Assembly: GCA_037444665.1 (NCBI GenBank)
Contig: JBBILZ010000017.1
Coordinates: 1 to 43,530 of the forward strand
Source of the DNA: a candidate division WOR-3 bacterium
Lineage (GTDB): Bacteria > Hydrothermota > Tepidihabitantia > SM23-42 > JAOAFX01
Length of the DNA: 43,530 nt
Reading direction: 5' to 3'
Part shown: piece by piece, positions 36,878-43,530 of the stretch
How the letters are laid out: each line of letters starts with the position of its first letter
Numbering within the stretch: the stretch's first letter is position 1
Notes under the pieces: model-generated
What the model was told of the DNA's origin: nothing
What the model saw: the letters and a program-made list of their open reading frames with translations, nothing else
Databases searched by the model: none
Program-made: the position numbers and the translations under genes

Positions 36878-39357
36878 TGAAATGTCCATTTCTTGTTAAA
36901 AGAAAGGAAATTTTTGATCGCGACGGTAAAAAGATTAGCGAAGAAATAGAGATCAAAGAATGCATAAAAAATGAATGTATGGTTTATGATGGTGCGGCAA
37001 AATTATGTTCTTTGCTATCCTCCAACATAAAGAACGGAATCATTATTGAAGATTTTAAAAATGGTATTAAAGAATTGAAGAACGAAATGTTCCAGCGCAA
37101 TGAAGCATTGGGCGTCCTCATCTCTACTACTATCCAGACACTACAGGATGCTATCCTCAATCGCTTTGATATTATGAAAAAACAGAATGAGGTAATCGCC
37201 CTAGGCTTTGACAATCTCTCAGGGATACAGCAAAATCTGATTGATACAATTAAAAATCTTTTAGATAAAAATATTGCCCAACTTGAAACTTTGAATAATA
37301 CAACCCGTGAACAGATTACAGGGATAAAATTGTTACAGGAAACCGGTGGCAATATTGTGGCCGGGCAGAATAGATTAAATGATGAACTCAAGAATGTTCT
37401 TGCCGAAATAAAAAGTAGCTTTGATGGATTAAATGAGAACATCAGCCACAAAATTGAAACATTGAAAAATGCAATGGAAAAAATGGCAACAACATATCAA
37501 ATTGGCACAGAAACCCTCAGCGCGGGTATAGAAAAAACTAATTCCTCAAGCCAGGAGATATTGAAAAAGTTTGAAGTTGTAGAAAACATTGTGAATGGCA
37601 TAAACAGCATTGCGGAAATTGTTAAGAGTGAGATTGCTGGAACAAAGGTAGAAGGGATTAGCGCACTACAAAATTTGACAGCAAAGTTTGAGGAATTAAA
37701 ATCTGTTTATAATGATATCTCCCGAGCCCAGCAGGAAAATCAAACAACATTGTTGAAAGAACTCCAGAATACAATTGGTAATAGCCTTAGCGACCTCAAA
37801 CTATCTTTGAACTCCCTGCTCCAGACACAGGAGAATAATCAACAGGCTTTAATTAAAGAACTCCAGGGAACACTAAGCACCAAGCTTGATGAATTTAAGG
37901 AATCATTAAATTCTCTGCTCCAGTTACAGGGCACAAACCAGCAGGATTTAATTAAAGACCTGCAGGGAACGATCGGTTTCAAACTTGATGAAATGAAAGT
38001 GCTCTTTAATGAACTTACAAAAATCCAGCAGAGCAATACAGAAGTTATGGCTGGTCAACTGGAAAATATTTTCAACAATACTGCGCAAAAATTTGATGAT
38101 TCCATTAATGTGCTTAAACCCGAATTATCAAATTTGAAAAATGAGTTTGTGAATAATTTAATGAATCTTCAGAATAGTCTCAATTCATTTGCGACACCCA
38201 TTGATGAATTAAAAACCACCTTCAACAATCAGTTGGTTACAGTTCAGGAATATCTTAAGAATTTTGAAAATCCAATCAATGAATTAAAAAATTCACTTAA
38301 TAACCAGTTAAATGTGGTGCAGGAAGGTTTGAATAAATATAATGAGTTAAATGATACACTAAAAACTGGACTGCATAATATCGGTGAATTCCTGAATAAT
38401 ACAAATCAGCATTACCTGAGTTATCTTAATAATATCCAAACGACAGTCGCTAATTTTGAAGGACTCTTTGACAAAACCCAGAGTAATATTGAAAGTATGA
38501 GCGAAATGATGAACAATCTAAATCGTAATTACCTTGAATCCTTAAGTAAGATTGCCGGACTTGCCGAAGGAATGCGTAAAGGTGTAGAGAATGTCGGCGA
38601 AGGTATGCGCGAATCGGTCAAAGACCTGGTCTCGGAAATGAAAAAAGAGATTGGCGACCTTGAAAAACAATATGAAAAGACCTTTGGTGATATTGCTCGT
38701 TTATCTGAGAAGTTTGGTGAGCTGAATAATCAGATTAATCGGATGACACAGGAAATACAAAAACAATTTAAGGAATCACTGGAACAACAAGCCGATATTT
38801 CAAAATTCAGCAGCGAGGTCTTAAAAAATCTGAAAGATTACTTTGCCAAACAGGAAGAGCAATATAAACAGGAACAGATTGCGAAAAAGAAAAAAGATGC
38901 ACTTGACCACTTTGACCGTGCGACCCTTTATTATTACCGTGGTAATCACGAACTTGCGTTAAATGAAATTGACAAGGCACTGGAACTTGACCGCCTGGCA
39001 GAATATCTTAATTTAAAAGGGCTTATTCTCACAGAATTGGGTAGAGATAAGGCGGCAAAGAACATATTTGAAGAGGCGCTAAAAATGGAGCCGAACCTTG
39101 CTGAAATTTACAATAATTTTGGATTGTTATACATAAAAACAAAAAAATTGAACGAAGCAGTAGAAATGTTCCAGGAAGCGATTAAACGCAATGTAAATTA
39201 CAGTCTTGCCTATGTTCATATGGGCAAGGTATTGATTGAATTAGAGAAATTTGACGAAGCGATCTCTGCATTTCAACACGCCCTTGAGATTGACCCAACG
39301 AATCGTGAGGCAAAAGAGTTGATTGAACTATACAAACAGGGAAAACTTACGGCCTGA
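36877..39357 (+). CDS. Cys-motif / long amphipathic helical repeat / C-terminal TPR protein (826 aa)
   Basis: N-terminus MKCPFL..CIKNECMVYD..LCS; about 620-aa helical region with 33- and 25-aa repeats; about 4 C-terminal TPRs; GGAGG SD and TAATG overlap. Confidence 0.85.
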   Translation: MKCPFLVKRKEIFDRDGKKISEEIEIKECIKNECMVYDGAAKLCSLLSSNIKNGIIIEDFKNGIKELKNEMFQRNEALGVLISTTIQTLQDAILNRFDIMKKQNEVIALGFDNLSGIQQNLIDTIKNLLDKNIAQLETLNNTTREQITGIKLLQETGGNIVAGQNRLNDELKNVLAEIKSSFDGLNENISHKIETLKNAMEKMATTYQIGTETLSAGIEKTNSSSQEILKKFEVVENIVNGINSIAEIVKSEIAGTKVEGISALQNLTAKFEELKSVYNDISRAQQENQTTLLKELQNTIGNSLSDLKLSLNSLLQTQENNQQALIKELQGTLSTKLDEFKESLNSLLQLQGTNQQDLIKDLQGTIGFKLDEMKVLFNELTKIQQSNTEVMAGQLENIFNNTAQKFDDSINVLKPELSNLKNEFVNNLMNLQNSLNSFATPIDELKTTFNNQLVTVQEYLKNFENPINELKNSLNNQLNVVQEGLNKYNELNDTLKTGLHNIGEFLNNTNQHYLSYLNNIQTTVANFEGLFDKTQSNIESMSEMMNNLNRNYLESLSKIAGLAEGMRKGVENVGEGMRESVKDLVSEMKKEIGDLEKQYEKTFGDIARLSEKFGELNNQINRMTQEIQKQFKESLEQQADISKFSSEVLKNLKDYFAKQEEQYKQEQIAKKKKDALDHFDRATLYYYRGNHELALNEIDKALELDRLAEYLNLKGLILTELGRDKAAKNIFEEALKMEPNLAEIYNNFGLLYIKTKKLNEAVEMFQEAIKRNVNYSLAYVHMGKVLIELEKFDEAISAFQHALEIDPTNREAKELIELYKQGKLTA

Positions 39358-39390
39358 AACTTAAGGCAAAATCCTTAACGGGAGTCAACG

Positions 39391-40143
39391 ATGAATAGAA
39401 TATTTTTATTTATATTCCTCATTTCAAATATCTTTGCTGATGTAATGTATGAAATGGAAACCACAAGTCAGGGATTAATAGAGATGGAACAAAGCACAAC
39501 GACCCTTATCCGAAATTTTATTAAGGGCGACCTTATGCGCACTGAAATTCAAATAAAGAATCCAATCTTAGGCGATATTGAAAGGATTACAATTATTAGA
39601 TTGGATAAGGGTGTTGTCTGGGTCATTGACAATGAACATAAAGAATATGCAGAATTTTCCCTAAAGAATGATTCTGTTGAGGGTCAAACAACAGAAATAC
39701 CTGAAAATTTGCCAGAGATAAAGGTTGAAAAACTGGAAGAAACTAAAAAAATCCTTGGTGTAGAATGTGATAAATATATCGTATCATTAATTTTCAAATT
39801 AGATAATGACACTATAGAAATGGCTCAAACAATGTGGGTGGGTAAGGATTTCGCTGGCTATGATGAAATTATGAGTTTTAACAAAAAGATGCTAAGCAAT
39901 ATTAACTTCACCAGTTTGCCAGGAATTGATAATAAACTAATCAGGGAATTCCAAAAACATATTTCTGAAATTGATGGTTTCCCACTGGAATTGCAGCTGA
40001 ACCTCAATATGCAGAACAAAGAAATTGATATTTCAATGCAAACCAAAAGTACCATTAAAAAGATCTCTACGGTGCCGATAAGTAATAGAGTCTTTGAGAT
40101 ACCTGAAGGTTATCAATTGAATAATTCTATAGAAACCCATTAA
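39391..40143 (+). CDS. DUF4412-like secreted protein
   Basis: Signal peptide; ITIIRLDKGVVW, ETKKILGVECDKY, MWV, GFPL, FEIPEGY. Confidence 0.8.
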   Translation: MNRIFLFIFLISNIFADVMYEMETTSQGLIEMEQSTTTLIRNFIKGDLMRTEIQIKNPILGDIERITIIRLDKGVVWVIDNEHKEYAEFSLKNDSVEGQTTEIPENLPEIKVEKLEETKKILGVECDKYIVSLIFKLDNDTIEMAQTMWVGKDFAGYDEIMSFNKKMLSNINFTSLPGIDNKLIREFQKHISEIDGFPLELQLNLNMQNKEIDISMQTKSTIKKISTVPISNRVFEIPEGYQLNNSIETH

Positions 40144-40178
40144 AATCATCATAAATCGGGAATAAAACAGGATACTTA

Positions 40179-40733
40179 GTGTATAATAATAATGAGAGCG
40201 ATGATAAATTGATAGAGATGGTAAAAAATGGGGATTGTGAAGCATTTGCACCATTAATTGAGCGATATAAGATGTCTATTTATCGTCTTGTTTATCAGAT
40301 GGTGCATAATCGTGATGATACTGAGGACCTGGTTCAGGAAATATTTATTAAAGCTTATCAGGGAATCAAAACCTTTAAATCGGGCTATAAATTCCTGCCC
40401 TGGCTCTCAAAGATTGCGGTCAATCATACGCTCAATTTTATTAAAAAGGAGAGAAAAATTGATGTTCAACCACTTGAATGGGCACAGAACTATGCAGATA
40501 ATAAGGGAGACCCGGTGCAGATGGTAAAGGAAAAGATGCTCAAAGAAAAAATTGCAAAGGCAATGGCACAATTGCCTGAAGAATATCGGGTGGTTCTTGT
40601 CTTAAGGATTGAAGAGCAATTATCTTATGAAGAGATTAGCCAGACACTTGGCATCCCTGCCGGCACAGTGATGTCAAGAATTGCAAGGGCAAGGGAACAT
40701 TTAAGAAACATATTTAAAGATTTAAAATTATGA
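40179..40733 (+). CDS. ECF RNA polymerase sigma factor
   Basis: GDCEAF, EDLVQEIFIKAY, WLSKIAVN, LPEEYR, LSYEEIS..LGIPAGTVMSRIARAR; GTG start. Confidence 0.95.
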   Translation: MYNNNESDDKLIEMVKNGDCEAFAPLIERYKMSIYRLVYQMVHNRDDTEDLVQEIFIKAYQGIKTFKSGYKFLPWLSKIAVNHTLNFIKKERKIDVQPLEWAQNYADNKGDPVQMVKEKMLKEKIAKAMAQLPEEYRVVLVLRIEEQLSYEEISQTLGIPAGTVMSRIARAREHLRNIFKDLKL

Positions 40734-41545
40734 AACCAGATAATCTTAACAAACAAAATTTTTCTGAAAATCATGTTCCAGTAGAACTATTAAGTGCCTA
40801 TATTGATAATGAATTGAATGAAATAGAAAGGCAAAGGGTAGAAGAACATCTCAGACACTGCTCACACTGCCTTAAGATTATTGAAGAATTCAAAGCCATT
40901 GATATGGGTTTAAAGGAAATAGAGATTGAAGAACCTTCAAGGGAATTTGTTTTCAATCTTAAAAAGAATGTAATGGAAAAAATAAGAAAAAAGCGTAGCC
41001 CTGTATTCTGGAAATTTTTTCCGGTATTGGTACCTGTGGCTGCAGTTGTAGTTTTAGTTTTTATTATCACCGGACACGAAAATTTAGCCAGTCCTGTAAG
41101 TATGAAAAACAGAATTGATATTGCTTCAGTCCCTTCTGAAAAACCTGTCCAAACAGACAAGATTGAGGTGGTGATACCAAAACCCGGCATTGTCGCAAAG
41201 AGACAGGTACCAGCACCTGCTGCTACAGGGATTTCTGAAGAAAGAAAGATTACTGAAGGCAAAGATGTTGACCTGGCTTATAAAAAAGCCGAGTCACCTA
41301 CGGTGACAGAACTTGAACAAGTAGCAAGGGAAAGGGTTGCACCGGTTGTGGTTCGGGCAGTCATTGATTCAACCGGCAGGGTTTTAAATGTTGCCACTGG
41401 CAACACAATTACACCAGAGGAAGATACAACCCTGTCCCGAATTTTAAAAGGTCAGCAGATTGCTCCGCCCACGGTCAGAGGCAAACCCACCCAGATGGTC
41501 GTAGAATTTGTGACCGACGAAAAAGATACAAACGATATTAAATAA
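40730..41545 (+). CDS. Zinc-binding anti-sigma factor (zf-HC2/ZAS) with TM and TonB-C-like tail
   Basis: LLSAYIDNEL, HLRHCSHC (HxxxCxxC), one TM, Pro-rich linker; ATGA overlap with the sigma gene. Confidence 0.88.
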   Translation: MKPDNLNKQNFSENHVPVELLSAYIDNELNEIERQRVEEHLRHCSHCLKIIEEFKAIDMGLKEIEIEEPSREFVFNLKKNVMEKIRKKRSPVFWKFFPVLVPVAAVVVLVFIITGHENLASPVSMKNRIDIASVPSEKPVQTDKIEVVIPKPGIVAKRQVPAPAATGISEERKITEGKDVDLAYKKAESPTVTELEQVARERVAPVVVRAVIDSTGRVLNVATGNTITPEEDTTLSRILKGQQIAPPTVRGKPTQMVVEFVTDEKDTNDIK

Positions 41546-41549
41546 ACCT

Positions 41550-42242
41550 TTACTCTTCGTTTTCCTTTAATTTTACAGTCTTAATCTTCTTCAAAAAATT
41601 CTTTGCTGCATCCTGCTCTGCATTTTTTTTATTTTTGCCCTTACCTGCAGATATTTCCTTGCCATTGATAAATAATGCAACATAGAATACCTTTTTATGG
41701 GGTGGTCCTTCTTCTTTGATTACTTTATACTCTACCTCTTTCTTATTCACCATTACCCATTGATTTACCAGTGATTTATAATCCTGAGAGAGTCTGAACC
41801 TTTTTCCTAAAAAGATTTTCTGAAAATATTTTTTGGCATATGCAAGACCACGGTCTAAATATATCGCACCAAATAGTGCTTCAATACCCGCGCTGATATT
41901 TGAGCACCTTTCTCTGCCACCGGTTAACTCCTCGCCTTTATCCATTATCAGAAACTCACCAATACCTACTGTTTTACCAATCTTGCAAAGAACTTCTTCA
42001 CTCGTATACCGTTTTTTTAATTGATTCAATTGTCCTTCATCAATATTGGGAAATTTTTTAATTAAGAATTCACGCACAATAAGTTCCAGTACTGCATCAC
42101 CTAAAAATTCAAGAATCTCATTGGAATCTGTTCGGGCTGAAGATGTTGCTGAAGAATGGGTCAATGCCTTTCTTAACAGGTTCTTATTTTTAAAACTACA
42201 CTTTAATTTTTTTTCAATCTTATTTAATGCTTGCGATAGCAT
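41550..42242 (-). CDS. rnc: Ribonuclease III
   Basis: ALTHSS, NEILEFLGDAVL, EALFGAIYLD, dsRBD (DYKS..GPPHKKVF..KKNAEQDAA). Likely start MLSQ at 42242. Confidence 0.96.
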   Translation of the reverse strand: MLSQALNKIEKKLKCSFKNKNLLRKALTHSSATSSARTDSNEILEFLGDAVLELIVREFLIKKFPNIDEGQLNQLKKRYTSEEVLCKIGKTVGIGEFLIMDKGEELTGGRERCSNISAGIEALFGAIYLDRGLAYAKKYFQKIFLGKRFRLSQDYKSLVNQWVMVNKKEVEYKVIKEEGPPHKKVFYVALFINGKEISAGKGKNKKNAEQDAAKNFLKKIKTVKLKENEE

Positions 42243-42600
42243 CAATTTCAACCAGTGCTCCTTTTGGTAAGCCAGCAACAAAAATTGTTGTTCGTGCTGG
42301 TGGTTCGCCAGTAAAATACTCTGCATAGACTCCATTCATCAATGGAAAATCTTCTGCCTTTGTAAGATAGACTGTTGTCTTTACTACATCTTGCAAGTCT
42401 GCGCCGCCAGCCTGTAGCACTGCCTTAAGATTTTCTAAGACTTGCTTTGTCTGTTCTTTTATACCACCCTGAACAATCTCACCAGTCTCTGGTGAAATAC
42501 CAATCTGACCTGCGGTAAAAATAAATTTATTTTCACCAACCGCCTGAGAATAAGGTCCGATGGCTTTTGGAGCCCTATCAGTTCTGATAATCTTTTTCAT
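42220..42600 (-). CDS. ridA: RidA (YjgF/YER057c/UK114) reactive intermediate deaminase
   Basis: APKAIGPYSQA, AGQI, VVKTTVYL, PPART, LPKGALVEIDAIA. Confidence 0.95.
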   Translation of the reverse strand: MKKIIRTDRAPKAIGPYSQAVGENKFIFTAGQIGISPETGEIVQGGIKEQTKQVLENLKAVLQAGGADLQDVVKTTVYLTKAEDFPLMNGVYAEYFTGEPPARTTIFVAGLPKGALVEIDAIASIK

Positions 42601-42602
42601 TT

Positions 42603-43530
42603 TTACTCCTTTTTTATGATAATACCCTGTTTTAAATAATAATCATTTTGATTAAATGAAAATATTAAATCCACATCAGACTCAATTTTTTTATGATAAA
42701 TAATCCAGCCTGTAACACCAGAATTTTCCACAATTTCCTGTGCTAATGTTTTTTCCATAAATCCACCCAATTTTATACGATATAGATGGTCAATGCCTGT
42801 ATCAATGAATACAGGTAATCCTCTTTTATTCAGACTATCACAAAAATACCGGGCATATTCTTTATCAGAAAATGCACCAAACTGAAGGTAAAAAAGTGAA
42901 TCCTGCGAAATAGTCTGGTTCTCTGACACTTTTATAAAGGCGTATGCTTTTTTAGTGAGGTTCTTAAATGCACCGGTTTTATTGTCTATGACAAATAGTT
43001 CATTATTTTGGTTGATGCATATACTCTGTTCATTATCAATAGGATAGATTTCTTTAATGTTATTGTTATTCTTGAGCAAACACCCAATGCGCAGTGTGAG
43101 CGGGTCAATCAAAACTATAAAATCATTATTCCAGAATACAAAATCACGGTGCAGAAGCCCATTGTTAAATATGAGTGGCTGACAATCAATAATACCGCCA
43201 TTAAAATCTATCAGGCATATTGCCTCTGGATTTGTAATAACATAGCCATCTTTATAAAAAAAGAAATCCTCTCCAGGAAATTTAAATTTAACACTCTTTT
43301 TTATCTTTAAATTCAGGTCAAGATAGTGTAATCCTGAGGCAGTAAGAATAACAAATTGCTTTTCAGCAGGAACATAATAAAAATTTTTTATCCTGGTAAA
43401 AGGCGCATTCCTGATAATTCTACCTTTCAGACAATCTATAATCTTAATCACACTCTTCTTTTCATCGTGAACAATCAAATACAATAAATTTTTGGGCAAT
43501 TGTGCTGATTCGGTCATTGGTTGATAATCC
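42603..43530 (-). CDS. SPOR-domain protein, probably 5'-truncated by the window edge
   Basis: FYLQFGAFSDKEYA...LYRIKLGGF SPOR motif; the frame stays open to the window end. Confidence 0.8.
   Translation of the reverse strand, partial: DYQPMTESAQLPKNLLYLIVHDEKKSVIKIIDCLKGRIIRNAPFTRIKNFYYVPAEKQFVILTASGLHYLDLNLKIKKSVKFKFPGEDFFFYKDGYVITNPEAICLIDFNGGIIDCQPLIFNNGLLHRDFVFWNNDFIVLIDPLTLRIGCLLKNNNNIKEIYPIDNEQSICINQNNELFVIDNKTGAFKNLTKKAYAFIKVSENQTISQDSLFYLQFGAFSDKEYARYFCDSLNKRGLPVFIDTGIDHLYRIKLGGFMEKTLAQEIVENSGVTGWIIYHKKIESDVDLIFSFNQNDYYLKQGIIIKKE

Noticed and set aside
36877..39357. Methyl-accepting chemotaxis protein, SMC or ZorA assignment for the 826-aa protein
   Set aside because: No TM helices, no MCP hairpin signature, no Walker motifs and no MotA/MotB-like partner.
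39355..39380. SigW-like promoter (TGAAAC) upstream of the DUF4412-like gene
   Set aside because: No CGTA/CGTC-like -10 at 16-17 nt; only a weak TTAAGG/CCTTAA hairpin.

Overview
AT-rich bacterial chromosomal window of mostly housekeeping and envelope genes from a diderm lineage. It resembles candidate division WOR-3 or a related FCB-associated group, but that taxonomy is my impression and is untested. Minus strand: two hypothetical genes beside an internally deleted IS481-like remnant; a wza-wzc-ftsB-ricT-mazG-rsmG-GT2-B12 radical SAM run; guaB-methyltransferase-endoQ; an LpoA/BamD-like gene, DUF3098, queG and a radical SAM/SPASM gene; tRNA-Thr(TGT) and tRNA-Tyr(GTA); HAD hydrolase, a lipoprotein, dCMP deaminase, gyrA, ybaB, dnaX, a large (Alu-containing) SRP RNA, an ABC substrate-binding protein and a TPR lipoprotein; SPOR protein-ridA-rnc. 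Plus strand: NUDIX-SbcF(YhaO)-SbcE(YhaN)-like genes, then a ~11.5 kb run of alr, a TsaP-like LysM protein, a stand-alone cNMP-binding protein, a holin-like membrane protein, a 1242-aa TPR protein, an 826-aa Cys-motif/amphipathic-repeat/TPR protein, a DUF4412-like protein, an ECF sigma factor and a ZAS anti-sigma factor with a TonB-C-like tail. Most notable: that uncharacterised TPR/cNMP/TsaP gene set, an extra hairpin in the SRP RNA Alu domain, promoters with recurrent 16-bp spacing and several probable leaderless mRNAs, and GTAG-type REP elements including one with a nested insert. All family assignments come from motif recognition by eye; no searches were run.
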